DNA of 36,499 bases from an uncultured Citrobacter sp. (GCA_964588445.1 CAZPPM010000017.1:1-36499), one strand, 5' to 3'. Positions 8,518-18,015 are shown, counted from the stretch's first letter. Notes: generated by a model from the sequence alone, not told the origin. Translations and numbers: made by a program.

Positions 8518-10616
8518 TCGGCCGATAGTAAGGAACCTTGCCTAACTAGCAAATTTTTAAATTGAAAAAACAGTTTTTCCTGTATGGTATTCCAACTACT
8601 ATTACACGTTTCATTCAACTCTGTTAACTCATTATCAAAGAATGAATCGCCTGAAAAGTAGACATAAGAAGACTGGAGATACTGTTCGATTTTTTTCTTT
8701 TCTGCTTCTTTTTCATCAAATACTCCTTCCTCCAGCCACTCTTTCAATTCTTTTTTATACACAGGTTCGTAAACATTTTTTAAGTCTGTTATCATGCGAT
8801 TGATATCCTCAATTGGAATAGTTTGACCACTATAAATGGGCGACAACGATTCAAGCATTTTATTTATGTTCGTCAAAAAGGTATTTGCTTTTTTCCTTCT
8901 GGCAAAGTAGGCCTCATAACCGGCAGCAATAGCTGATGATCCTTTTTTCTTATCCAATGCAATAAAGAAATCAATAATGGCTTTATCTCCCTTTTTTAAT
9001 TGCTCCTCTGCCTGCTTCAATTCTACTTCTAGTTTGCCAGCAATTTCCTGCGCTTCGGTACTATCATATTTCACTCCGTCAAAATCAAATGTTTTTACAC
9101 CTATTTGTTTGTTGGTTATTGCCTTTATAATTTCCAGATCGTTGGCGATTGTTACTACCTTTTTCGGCAACGCCAATATTTCCGGTGTCATAACATCTTC
9201 CAGTCGCTGATAGCTTTCAGCCCCAGCATTCTCACCTACAGTCTCTTCCGGTATGGCTATTTGTCTTCCATTATAAAAATTTCCAAAAACTTCTGGAAGA
9301 TTGTATCGTTCATTTTCCTGCTGAAGGATAGTAGCAAACTCTTCTTTTGCTACGATTTGCATATCTCCTTCTATTGGCACCTGCTCGTATATTTTTCTAG
9401 TAAGATCTGTTTCCAATCGTTCTTTATCATTAAAAAGTACCCAGGCAGATGTTGTTACCAAATCAGCTTTCACGGCAAGCTTATTTAAATGTTCTGCCCG
9501 GTCTTCTGTAGAAGGATGTGATGCCCACTGATCTTTGTAATTTATCCGTGAGGTTTTATTCGTTTCCAGAAACTCGCTGGTAACAACGGGTAACTCATTT
9601 TCATACTGCAGTTTAAATTCTTTGGCCAGTTGTTGCAACATCAACGATTGCTTCTCATATATATTAGCAACTATCTTTTTCTCTCTGAATAAATCATCAC
9701 ATTTTCTCAGTGCCATATTATACCCTGTATCTGCCAGTTCTACCCTACGTAAAGCCGAAGCCAGAGAAGAACTGCCACTTACACTGGCCGCTACAGCATC
9801 TGCATGAAACTCCATCTCCCGCGATAAGCGCATATAATTTTTATTGATTACACCATACATCTGCCGAAGCACCCATTGTATACCCTGTGCAATTTTTGCG
9901 GTTGCAGAAGCGAAAATGGCAAAGATGTCCGACACGCTGGCCCAACCACTTAATGCCTTTGAATAACTATCGTTATCAAAGAGCATGTTGTAAATAATTT
10001 TATTAACGTGGTATACAAAGCTTCCCAGCTTCATACTGCGCTGAGAAAAGTGACCAAACTCATGTGCCAGTATGGCCTTAAATTCACTAACGTTGATCGC
10101 ATTTACCAGTCCCAGCCCAATTTGCAGATTTTTACGCACGGGCAAAAACATACTCCAAAAGCTGGAATTATAAAACACACTTGCATTTACCTCTGACGAA
10201 AGAAAAACTCTTTTGGGCAGAGGTGCTCCGGTATCTTTTGCTACCTGCTGTATAAAAGCAAATAATCGAGGTTGTTCTTCTTCAGTAATCTCTATACTTC
10301 CCGAAGGATCGTACTTAGAAACGGCAAAAAGGAATTTGATAAGAAATATCAATACCATAATTCCCAGGCCTATAAGCCCTATCCCAGCTACAATACCCAA
10401 AAAATGACGAACACCGGCAATAATGGCAATACCTCCATAAACACTGGCTATTACCAATCCGATTGCTAACAAAAAGAGCAGTATATATACAATAAAAAAC
10501 AAAATAACACTGCCCATTACTCTTTTTACTTCTGCTTTAAATGCAGGACTGGCTTCCGTTATAGAAGGGGAAACATTTTGCGGGGTAGGCGGGTAGTTTG
10601 TCAGGTTGTGGCTCAT
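8514..10616 (-). CDS. M48-family zinc metalloprotease, membrane-anchored, with a long C-terminal coiled-coil region
   Basis: 700 aa. N-terminal hydrophobic helices (VILFFIVYILLFLLAIGLVIASV..., GIGLIGLGIMVLIFLI). HEXXH motif AILAHEFGHFSQ followed by EFHADAVAA (third ligand Glu), as in HtpX/M48 peptidases. Its stop overlaps the dnaX stop by 4 nt on the opposite strand. Confidence 0.7.
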   Translation of the reverse strand: MSHNLTNYPPTPQNVSPSITEASPAFKAEVKRVMGSVILFFIVYILLFLLAIGLVIASVYGGIAIIAGVRHFLGIVAGIGLIGLGIMVLIFLIKFLFAVSKYDPSGSIEITEEEQPRLFAFIQQVAKDTGAPLPKRVFLSSEVNASVFYNSSFWSMFLPVRKNLQIGLGLVNAINVSEFKAILAHEFGHFSQRSMKLGSFVYHVNKIIYNMLFDNDSYSKALSGWASVSDIFAIFASATAKIAQGIQWVLRQMYGVINKNYMRLSREMEFHADAVAASVSGSSSLASALRRVELADTGYNMALRKCDDLFREKKIVANIYEKQSLMLQQLAKEFKLQYENELPVVTSEFLETNKTSRINYKDQWASHPSTEDRAEHLNKLAVKADLVTTSAWVLFNDKERLETDLTRKIYEQVPIEGDMQIVAKEEFATILQQENERYNLPEVFGNFYNGRQIAIPEETVGENAGAESYQRLEDVMTPEILALPKKVVTIANDLEIIKAITNKQIGVKTFDFDGVKYDSTEAQEIAGKLEVELKQAEEQLKKGDKAIIDFFIALDKKKGSSAIAAGYEAYFARRKKANTFLTNINKMLESLSPIYSGQTIPIEDINRMITDLKNVYEPVYKKELKEWLEEGVFDEKEAEKKKIEQYLQSSYVYFSGDSFFDNELTELNETCNSSWNTIQEKLFFQFKNLLVRQGSLLSAD

Positions 10617-10632
10617 ATTAGTAATTACTAAT
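10617..10632. promoter_or_regulatory. 16-bp perfect palindrome ATTAGTAATTACTAAT immediately upstream of the M48 protease start codon
   Basis: Perfect dyad symmetry, directly abutting the ATG (10616, - strand), in the divergent intergenic region shared with the E2 gene. Confidence 0.25.
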
Positions 10633-10754
10633 AGGTTATTAAATGGTCAGGTAAAATAAGTATAAAAAATACCTTCTCGCAAGTCGTAGTTGGTACAGGA
10701 TACCTCCCTTCAATTCACCATTTTATCTTAATTTCGGCGAAAATTTAAAGATAA

Positions 10755-12395
10755 ATGGCTGAAACCATATTAATGCCCCGCCTGAGCGATACCATGACGG
10801 AAGGTGTGATTGCGGCTTGGCATAAAAAAGTAGGAGATCCAGTAAAAAAGGGTGATTTACTGGCCGAGGTAGAAACAGATAAAGCTACCATGGAACTGGA
10901 AAGCTACAAAGATGGCGTGCTATTGCATATTGGTACGGAAAAAGGAGGAAAGTTACAAGTAAATGACCTGTTGGCCATTATCGGCAATGCCGGCGAAGAT
11001 ATATCCAGCCTGGTAAAAGGTGGTGGCGGAGCTACCGCAAAAAAGGAAGCAACCAATGACGCTCCTGCTGAGAAAAAAGCAGAAGAACCCAAACAAGAGC
11101 AAAAAGCTGCGCCAGCTTCTTCTGGTAGCTTAGATATTTCCAAAATGGAAGAGGTTGTATTGATGCCCCGCCTAAGCGATACCATGACAGAAGGCGTAAT
11201 TGCTAACTGGAACAAAAACGTAGGCGATGATGTAAAAAAAGGTGATGTATTGGCGGAGATAGAAACCGACAAGGCCACCATGGAACTGGAAAGCTATAAA
11301 AATGGCAAACTGCTTTATCAGGGGGCTAAGAAAGGCGAAAAAATCCAAGTAAACGACCTGCTTTGTATAATTGGTGATGCAGGCAAAGTAGATGTAGATG
11401 CTGTAGTCGCTGCCAGCAAAAACGGCGGCAGTGTAGCCACAGAAGCTCCCCAAGAGGAAGCTCCGGCCGAAACCGCCACAACACAAAGCACCACTGCAGC
11501 TACAAACGAAGCCTCTGCAGATGGCAGAATAAAAGCTTCTCCGCTGGCGAAAAAACTGGCTGCAGAAAAAGGGATTGATCTATCGCTAGTGCAAGGAAGT
11601 GGTGATAATGGACGTATTACGAAAGCAGATATTGACAATTATACCCCTGCTGCAAAAACAGCAACCGCAGCCGCTACTCCTGCTGCATCAATAGCAACCG
11701 CACCTACTGGCCAGGTAAGCTTTGAAGATGTTCCTGTATCGCAAATGCGCAAGGTTATTGCCAAGCGCCTGTCGGAAAGCAAGTTCACCGCGCCTGAGTT
11801 TTATTTAACAATGGCCATTGATATGGATGCAGCCGTAGCGGCTCGTACACGCATCAATGAAAATGCTAAAACAAAAATATCGTTCAACGACATGGTGCTG
11901 AAAGCCTGCGCTGTTGCTTTAAAACAACATCCGGCTGTAAACAGCAGCTGGCTGGGCGATAAAATACGCGTCAATCATCATGTAAATATTGGTGTAGCGG
12001 TAGCTGTAGAAGATGGCTTATTGGTCCCTGTTGTTCGCTTTGCCGATACAAAATCACTTTCTCAAATAGGAAAAGAAGTAAAAGACTTTGCACAAAAAGC
12101 AAAAGACAAAAAACTACAACCTGCCGATTGGGAAGGCAATACTTTCACCATTTCCAATCTGGGTATGTTTGGCATTGATGAATTTACTGCCATTATCAAT
12201 CCTCCCGATGCTTGCATACTGGCGGTAGGCGGCATCAGCCAAGTACCTGTGGTAAAAAATGGGCAAATTGTTGTAGGTAATGTGATGAAAGTAACATTAA
12301 GCTGCGATCACCGTGTTGTTGACGGAGCTACCGGTGCCGCTTTTCTGCAAACATTAAAGAGCTTGCTGGAAGAACCTTTAAGAATGTTAGTATAA
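10755..12395 (+). CDS. 2-oxo acid dehydrogenase E2 component (dihydrolipoamide acyltransferase), two lipoyl domains, probably pyruvate dehydrogenase E2
   Basis: 546 aa. Two lipoyl domains with the lipoyl-lysine motif ETDKATME(L) at about aa 40 and about aa 175. Ala/Pro/Glu-rich linkers. Peripheral-subunit-binding domain (ASPLAKKLAAEKGIDLSLVQGSGDNGRITKADI). Catalytic motif DHRVVDGA near the C-terminus. Confidence 0.9.
   Translation: MAETILMPRLSDTMTEGVIAAWHKKVGDPVKKGDLLAEVETDKATMELESYKDGVLLHIGTEKGGKLQVNDLLAIIGNAGEDISSLVKGGGGATAKKEATNDAPAEKKAEEPKQEQKAAPASSGSLDISKMEEVVLMPRLSDTMTEGVIANWNKNVGDDVKKGDVLAEIETDKATMELESYKNGKLLYQGAKKGEKIQVNDLLCIIGDAGKVDVDAVVAASKNGGSVATEAPQEEAPAETATTQSTTAATNEASADGRIKASPLAKKLAAEKGIDLSLVQGSGDNGRITKADIDNYTPAAKTATAAATPAASIATAPTGQVSFEDVPVSQMRKVIAKRLSESKFTAPEFYLTMAIDMDAAVAARTRINENAKTKISFNDMVLKACAVALKQHPAVNSSWLGDKIRVNHHVNIGVAVAVEDGLLVPVVRFADTKSLSQIGKEVKDFAQKAKDKKLQPADWEGNTFTISNLGMFGIDEFTAIINPPDACILAVGGISQVPVVKNGQIVVGNVMKVTLSCDHRVVDGATGAAFLQTLKSLLEEPLRMLV
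10770..10990 (+). repeat. lipoyl-domain coding repeat, copy 1 (intragenic duplication)
   Basis: About 80% nucleotide identity to 11159..11380. For example, taatgccccgcctgagcgataccatgacggaaggtgt aligns with tgatgccccgcctaagcgataccatgacagaaggcgt. Confidence 0.85.
11159..11380 (+). repeat. lipoyl-domain coding repeat, copy 2
   Basis: Direct repeat of 10770..10990 within the same CDS. It reflects the tandem lipoyl domains. Confidence 0.85.
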
Positions 12396-12432
12396 GAAAC
12401 TATTGAAAGTGAATTTTCATACTTAGCTTTAC

Positions 12433-12460
12433 AAATCCCGCAGTATCGCGGGATTTTTTA
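12433..12460 (+). terminator. rho-independent terminator after the E2 gene
   Basis: aaatcccgc-agtatc-gcgggattt is a perfect 9-bp stem followed by TTTTT, starting 38 nt after the E2 stop. Confidence 0.8.
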
Positions 12461-12472
12461 ATATTCAACATT

Positions 12473-13657
12473 GTGACATTCCACGATTTTAATTTTGAGC
12501 CGGAACTTGTAGAGGGTTTAGAAACAATGGGGTTTACGACGCCTACTCCTATACAGGCGCAAGCCATACCCATCATTTCAAACAATCAGGACATTATTGC
12601 TTGTGCGCAAACGGGTACAGGTAAAACAGCCGCTTTCTTATTGCCTGTTATTAACAAGATTATAAAGAACCATGAAGATTCTTTAAACACACTTATCATT
12701 GTACCTACCAGAGAGCTGGCTGTTCAAATAGACCAATCGCTGCAAGGCATAAGTTATTTTACACCTGTCACTTCTATTTGTATATACGGAGGCAACGATG
12801 GCAATTCTTTTGAACAAGAGCGTCGCGCCTTAACTCAAGGTGTAAATATCATCATTGCTACTCCTGGAAGACTGATTGCCCATCTCAACATGGGATATGT
12901 AAAAATCAGTAAGCTAAAACATCTTATACTGGATGAAGCCGATCGTATGCTTGATATGGGTTTTAGCGATGATATTAATAAGATAGTAACCTATCTACCT
13001 AAGGAAAGACAGAATCTTTTATTCTCAGCAACAATGCCTCCCAAAATAAGAGATTTGGCCAAACGCTTATTAAAAGATCCTGAGCAAATAAATATTGCCA
13101 TTTCAAAACCTGCAGCCGGCGTAATGCAGGCCGCCTATTTTGTAAAAGATGAGCAGAAAGTTCCTTTATTAGTATCACTACTGGAAGGAAAAACCATTCC
13201 CAGCATCATTATTTTTTCCTCCAAAAAGGAAACTGTAAAGCTGCTGGCTCGTGAATTGAAGAGAACCAACTTTAATGCTGCCAGTATTCATTCAGACTTA
13301 GAGCAGGCAGAACGTAACGAAGTGCTGTTACAATATCGTAGTAAAAAACTACAGATACTGGTAGCTACGGATATCTTATCTCGTGGTATTGACATTGATT
13401 CCATTGGACTGGTGATCAATTTTGATGTGCCTCGTGATGCGGAAGACTATGTACACCGTGTAGGCCGCACCGCTCGTGCAGAATCTACCGGCGTGGCACT
13501 TACCTTTATTAATCCTGCTGACCAGATAAAATTTAAACGTATTGAAAGGCTGATAGGATCTATTATTCAAAAAGTTCCGTTACCACCCGATTTGGGATCG
13601 GGCCCTAGCTTCGCTTCTAAAACAGCAAAACCCTCACAACATAACAGAAGAAGATAA
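12473..13657 (+). CDS. DEAD-box ATP-dependent RNA helicase
   Basis: 394 aa with a GTG start. Q-motif region GFTTPTPIQ, motif I AQTGTGKT, PTRELA, DEAD (LILDEADRMLDMGF), SAT, and motif VI HRVGRTAR. A short basic C-terminal tail is present. Confidence 0.88.
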   Translation: MTFHDFNFEPELVEGLETMGFTTPTPIQAQAIPIISNNQDIIACAQTGTGKTAAFLLPVINKIIKNHEDSLNTLIIVPTRELAVQIDQSLQGISYFTPVTSICIYGGNDGNSFEQERRALTQGVNIIIATPGRLIAHLNMGYVKISKLKHLILDEADRMLDMGFSDDINKIVTYLPKERQNLLFSATMPPKIRDLAKRLLKDPEQINIAISKPAAGVMQAAYFVKDEQKVPLLVSLLEGKTIPSIIIFSSKKETVKLLARELKRTNFNAASIHSDLEQAERNEVLLQYRSKKLQILVATDILSRGIDIDSIGLVINFDVPRDAEDYVHRVGRTARAESTGVALTFINPADQIKFKRIERLIGSIIQKVPLPPDLGSGPSFASKTAKPSQHNRRR

Positions 13658-13729
13658 AGCGCCTTCTCTTATCTAAATAGTTTTATAGATTTTCTTTTTA
13701 TTGCTTAAAATCTTTTATTTTACTGATGT

Positions 13730-14476
13730 ATGATAGAAGCCGCCATTATTGACGATGAGCCAAGTGCGGGCAAAACCTTAGCCTTACTGCTAAAAGAGCA
13801 TTGCCCGCAAATAACCATTCAAGGCAACTATCAACAGCCCGCCGTAGCATTAAAAAAACTAAAGGAAAATCCCGTTGAATTAATTTTTCTGGATATAGAA
13901 ATGCCCATCTTAAATGGGTTTGCTTTTTTAGAAAAGCTACAACCGCAAAATTGCGGTGTCATTTTTACCACAGCCTACGATCAGTATGCAATAAAAGCTT
14001 TTAGCTATAGTGCTTTTGATTACTTACTTAAGCCAATTGATGGTAAAGAACTAGAAGCATCTGTAGCAAGGTTTGAAAAAAGCAGCAACAAAAAAGACTA
14101 CTCCCATTTTGCTCATTTATTTGAGGCTTACAAAAACATCTCAACACAGTTGCCTCAGAAAATCATTTTTCCAACTCAGGAAGGATATGAATTTATCACT
14201 ATTAACTCCATCATTCGTTGTGAAGCGGCTGATAATTACAGTCGCCTTTATTTTGGAGACAACAATTCGTTGATAGTGTGTAAAACATTAAAAGAGATAG
14301 AACAAATCCTGAATGAACAAAAATTCTTACGCATTCATCATTCGCACCTTATTAATAGGGAACAAATCAGGCGTATTATCAAAGCCGATGGAGGCTTTGT
14401 ACAAATGACAGACGGCACCCAATTACCTATTGCCCGTCGTAGAAAAAATGACATTCTGGAAGAATTGACCCGGTAA
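13730..14476 (+). CDS. LytTR-family two-component response regulator
   Basis: 248 aa. N-terminal receiver domain (IIDDEP...LIFLDIEMP, phospho-acceptor Asp in FLDIEMP). C-terminal LytTR DNA-binding domain (IIRCEAADNYSRLYF...FLRIHHSHLIN). Confidence 0.85.
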   Translation: MIEAAIIDDEPSAGKTLALLLKEHCPQITIQGNYQQPAVALKKLKENPVELIFLDIEMPILNGFAFLEKLQPQNCGVIFTTAYDQYAIKAFSYSAFDYLLKPIDGKELEASVARFEKSSNKKDYSHFAHLFEAYKNISTQLPQKIIFPTQEGYEFITINSIIRCEAADNYSRLYFGDNNSLIVCKTLKEIEQILNEQKFLRIHHSHLINREQIRRIIKADGGFVQMTDGTQLPIARRRKNDILEELTR

Positions 14477-14543
14477 TCCAATTCCGGTTTTCCCATCTTT
14501 CTTACCACAAATCCTCTTACACCTACCAGTTACTCATTCTCTC

Positions 14544-14578
14544 TTTTGCACTGGCAATTCACTTCTATTTTGGCACTG
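14544..14578 (+). promoter_or_regulatory. candidate promoter or LytTR-type direct-repeat site upstream of the OmpA-family gene
   Basis: TTTTGCACTGG (14544-14554) and TTTTGGCACTG (14568-14578) form an imperfect direct repeat with 24-bp spacing in the 196-bp gap after the LytTR gene. The TTTG elements also fit the Bacteroidetes -33 motif, and TATTTTG fits a -7-like motif. Confidence 0.25.
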
Positions 14579-14672
14579 AAATAAATCATTCAGTTTCCGC
14601 TGACCCAATAATGTATTATTCAGCTAAAAGCAGGCATTAACCGATGAACTCTTTTAGCCTCAAACTTAAGAA

Positions 14673-15965
14673 ATGAAAAAAATTGTACCCCTTTTTGTAG
14701 CAATGATCTTTGTTGCTTCCTTTTGTAAAGCACAGGTCATAAACCCCAAAGAAAAAGCAAAGCAAAAAGTTGAAGATCGCACCAACCAAAATGTAGATAA
14801 AGGCATAGACAAAACCTTAGACAAAGTAGAGAAAGGGCTGGGTAATATTTTTAAGAAAAAAGATAAAAAAAAGAAAAACAATTCCTCCACTACTACGGAG
14901 CCTGACACAATTCCCCAAAATACAAACAGCCCCAGTACCGACAGCGAAGCAACCGATTTTACAAAGTATAAAACGTATGATTTTGTTCCCGGTAGTAAAA
15001 CAATCTTCTTTGAAGATTTTGCCAGTGGGCAATTTACAGGTTGGAAAAGTAGTGGGGATAACAGAATAGAACAGCATGATGGAAAAAACTGGTTGGTAGC
15101 AACCGGTGGAGGATTCTATCCATTAAATCTTGCGATACTACCCAAGAACTTTACATTAGAAATGGAGATAATGGTAAAAACAGAAAAAGAAGCATTTCCT
15201 GGAACTTTTGATATTCGCTTCCTAGATAAAAGCCAGAAAGACGTATTAGAAGATCCCTATCTCGAAAATTTTACGCAAATTTCTTTAAGCGCTGCAACAC
15301 AACTACCCAAAGAAGGATCCGTACGGATTTACAATGAGGTGAATAATGAAGAAAAATTATTCAATGGCGAAAACGAATTGTTTTTTAAGCATTGGCATCG
15401 AGATGGCAACAGAAAAGCAAAATTTGCAATGGTTCGTCAGCAAAATATGCTTTCATTATATTTAGATGAGGTAAAACTATATGACAATCTGAATGCTTTT
15501 GCTCCTGTACATGAATTGTTACTTGCCTTCCATTTTCAAACTTACTTCGTAGATAATGCGCAGTTCCTTATTACAAATATTCGCCTTGCAACTGATATAC
15601 CAAATGCAAAAAATGATTTTGAAAAAGAGGGTCGGTTTGTTACTAACAGTATTTATTTTGACATCAATTCATCTCGCATAAAGCCCGAATCTTATACTAT
15701 TTTAAAAGAAGCGGCTAAAGCCATCAATGGCACTACGGGAATCATCAGTATCATTGGGCATACAGATAGCGATGGTGACGACACCGCTAATCTCATTCTC
15801 TCTCAAAAAAGAGCAGTATCTGTAAAGAACGCGCTGGTAAAGGAATTTGGCGTGAATGCAGACCGCTTACAAACAGATGGCAAAGGAGAAGCACAACCCG
15901 TAGAAGCTAATACCACTGCCGCAGGAAAAGCAAAAAATCGAAGAGTAGAATTTATTAAGCTATAA
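14673..15965 (+). CDS. outer-membrane/periplasmic protein: DUF1080-like (ConA-like jelly-roll) domain fused to an OmpA C-terminal peptidoglycan-binding domain
   Basis: 430 aa. Signal peptide MKKIVPLFVAMIFVASFCKAQ, then a Lys-rich low-complexity linker. The central block FEDFASGQFTGWKSSGDNRIEQHDGKNWLVATGGG...NFTLEMEIMV matches the DUF1080 (3-keto-disaccharide hydrolase-like) pattern. C-terminal OmpA domain: NSIYFDINSSRIKPES...IIGHTDSDGDDTANLILSQKRA...NRRVEF. Confidence 0.75.
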   Translation: MKKIVPLFVAMIFVASFCKAQVINPKEKAKQKVEDRTNQNVDKGIDKTLDKVEKGLGNIFKKKDKKKKNNSSTTTEPDTIPQNTNSPSTDSEATDFTKYKTYDFVPGSKTIFFEDFASGQFTGWKSSGDNRIEQHDGKNWLVATGGGFYPLNLAILPKNFTLEMEIMVKTEKEAFPGTFDIRFLDKSQKDVLEDPYLENFTQISLSAATQLPKEGSVRIYNEVNNEEKLFNGENELFFKHWHRDGNRKAKFAMVRQQNMLSLYLDEVKLYDNLNAFAPVHELLLAFHFQTYFVDNAQFLITNIRLATDIPNAKNDFEKEGRFVTNSIYFDINSSRIKPESYTILKEAAKAINGTTGIISIIGHTDSDGDDTANLILSQKRAVSVKNALVKEFGVNADRLQTDGKGEAQPVEANTTAAGKAKNRRVEFIKL

Positions 15966-16006
15966 GTTTTACTCTTATTAATTACCATTAATCTTAAACC
16001 TGTACT

Positions 16007-17236
16007 ATGAAAAAAATAGCTTTTGCTTTATTATTCTGTCTTGTTGCCGCCGCAGTTCCATTACAAGCACAAACAGGCTGGACGGGTACGTATAGTACCT
16101 CTTTTGGCAACATTACTTTAACCGAAGAATATGGGAGCGACTACCCCGGTGGAGGCATTATTTATGGCGATTATGCTAAAACAGGTACAATTGTGGGTAA
16201 ACTAACCAACAACCGCGAATACTTTGAAGGGTACTTTCACAACGGAGAACAACATGGCAAATTTATTTTCCGTAGAGACGATGCAACTAACCAAACAGCC
16301 ATAAATGCTTTTAGCGGGTTCTGGGGATTTGGAGAAATGAACAACAATAATAGTACTAACAAGAACTTTAAATGGACAGGCACAAAATCATCTACTACTC
16401 CACCTACTACCAATGTAACTGGAGTATGGAGTGGCAAATGGGTAACTACGTTTGGAGATATTATTCTGGAGCAAGTAGGGAATAAAATAACTGGTAAATA
16501 CAGAAGTACTGATAAAATAGAAGCCATCTACAATGCTCAAACTAAAACAGCAAAAGGAACATTTGCCAATGGCACCCATACTGGCAGCCTTGAATTTAAA
16601 ATAAATGGAAATGATTTTATCGGAAAATGGGGCTGGGGCACACAGCTTAATGAGGGCGAATGGAATGGAAACAAAAAAATTAAAACAAATAGTGGCGGCA
16701 CCAATAGCAGCGGCAATACAAGCACCAATCAGCAACAACTGCAACAACCCACTAACCCCACACCTGCTAGCAATGAAATTATTAAAATAAGAATAAGGGC
16801 TACGTATGTCAATACAGCCTCTAATTCCATTCTCACAAATCCCGGCCTATATGGCTTTGCTGGAATACAAGTAAGTAAAGTAACCAGCAATGCTACTGCA
16901 GAAGTAACATCTTTTGGCAATAAGTCATTTTATTTATTTCAAACCACAGATGCCAAACCACTATCAGAGGATAAAAAAGCATTTTCGCTACCTGACCAAC
17001 CTACTTACTACAGAGATTATCATATTAGTAAATCGGACTGGGACAACCAGAATATTGTATTTGAAGCAAAACTTTTTCATCACATCCGTACCAAAGAAAA
17101 AGCACAGTTAAATTTAGATTGTGGTTACAAATCAATAACCTTTCGATTAAAAGATGTAGCACTTAATAAAACAATTAAGCTACCTAATACAGACACAAGA
17201 GTTTGCTACATGAATTTTATTGTTGAAAAATTATAA
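16007..17236 (+). CDS. hypothetical secreted protein with two tandem ~70-aa Gly/Trp-rich repeats and an Asn/Thr/Gln-rich linker
   Basis: 409 aa. Signal peptide MKKIAFALLFCLVAAAVPLQAQ. Repeat 1 is TGWTGTYSTSFGNITLTEEYG...GKLTN..EYFEGYFHNGEQHGKFIFRR. Repeat 2 is TGVWSGKWVTTFGDIILEQVGNKITGKYRS...GTFANGTHTGSLEFKINGNDFIGKWGWG. A low-complexity NSGGTNSSGNTSTNQQQLQQPTNPTP segment follows, then a C-terminal ~150-aa domain. Confidence 0.6.
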   Translation: MKKIAFALLFCLVAAAVPLQAQTGWTGTYSTSFGNITLTEEYGSDYPGGGIIYGDYAKTGTIVGKLTNNREYFEGYFHNGEQHGKFIFRRDDATNQTAINAFSGFWGFGEMNNNNSTNKNFKWTGTKSSTTPPTTNVTGVWSGKWVTTFGDIILEQVGNKITGKYRSTDKIEAIYNAQTKTAKGTFANGTHTGSLEFKINGNDFIGKWGWGTQLNEGEWNGNKKIKTNSGGTNSSGNTSTNQQQLQQPTNPTPASNEIIKIRIRATYVNTASNSILTNPGLYGFAGIQVSKVTSNATAEVTSFGNKSFYLFQTTDAKPLSEDKKAFSLPDQPTYYRDYHISKSDWDNQNIVFEAKLFHHIRTKEKAQLNLDCGYKSITFRLKDVALNKTIKLPNTDTRVCYMNFIVEKL

Positions 17237-17244
17237 ACCCAAAC

Positions 17245-18015
17245 ATGAAAAGGAAAAACTGTCCATTAATAGTATTTAGTCTCTGTATTTTAGTTGGCGC
17301 ATCCTGTAGCAATAATGCAAGCAAAGAAAATGAAGGTGCCGAAAAGTCTATTACTACAACAGCAAATAAACTAACAGAAACAAACAAATGTCTGCTAAAT
17401 TATGCTTCAGCGTATGATGCACTTTTAACAGAAGACATGGTCATACAAGCCAGTGGGTTTTCAAAAGAGGTAATGAGAGTAAAGTATTCAAAAGTTCTCA
17501 AGGAAGCAAAAGACCACAACATTTCCTACTTTTTTAGCAACAAAAGAATGGGCTTTTATCCCGGAACCTCTACTAAAATGCAATTAGAAGATCAAATAAA
17601 GCTTACCGGAATAGAACCATTATCGCTAAAAGAATTTACGGCAAGCTACAGGGTAGTGACTGATGAGCAGCTAGCCACAGCCAGCAAAGTCATTGACGAT
17701 GCAATAGAGGGCAAATCGGGCAACGAAAAATTAGATAACGCGGCAGCCGATCTTAAAGAAAAAGGAATTACCAAAGAAACGACTAAAGCTGCCACTAATG
17801 AGTTAAAGGGCGTGTTTGCAAAAGCGGGCAAGTCCTATACTACAGTTGAGCAGCTGGGTGATGCCGCTACTTGGAATACCTTTACCAATACCTTAAATGT
17901 TTTATACAATGGTGTGCATTTTGAACTATTTGTTTTTGTAAATAATGATATAACTGCTAATAGGGAAATCGCCGTTACAATAGCTCGACAGCTTTTACAA
18001 AAATGTGCTGCTTAA
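17245..18015 (+). CDS. hypothetical lipoprotein
   Basis: 256 aa. Lipoprotein signal MKRKNCPLIVFSLCILVGASC (lipobox VGASC). It starts 9 nt after the previous gene's stop, suggesting co-transcription. I recognised no family. Confidence 0.55.
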   Translation: MKRKNCPLIVFSLCILVGASCSNNASKENEGAEKSITTTANKLTETNKCLLNYASAYDALLTEDMVIQASGFSKEVMRVKYSKVLKEAKDHNISYFFSNKRMGFYPGTSTKMQLEDQIKLTGIEPLSLKEFTASYRVVTDEQLATASKVIDDAIEGKSGNEKLDNAAADLKEKGITKETTKAATNELKGVFAKAGKSYTTVEQLGDAATWNTFTNTLNVLYNGVHFELFVFVNNDITANREIAVTIARQLLQKCAA

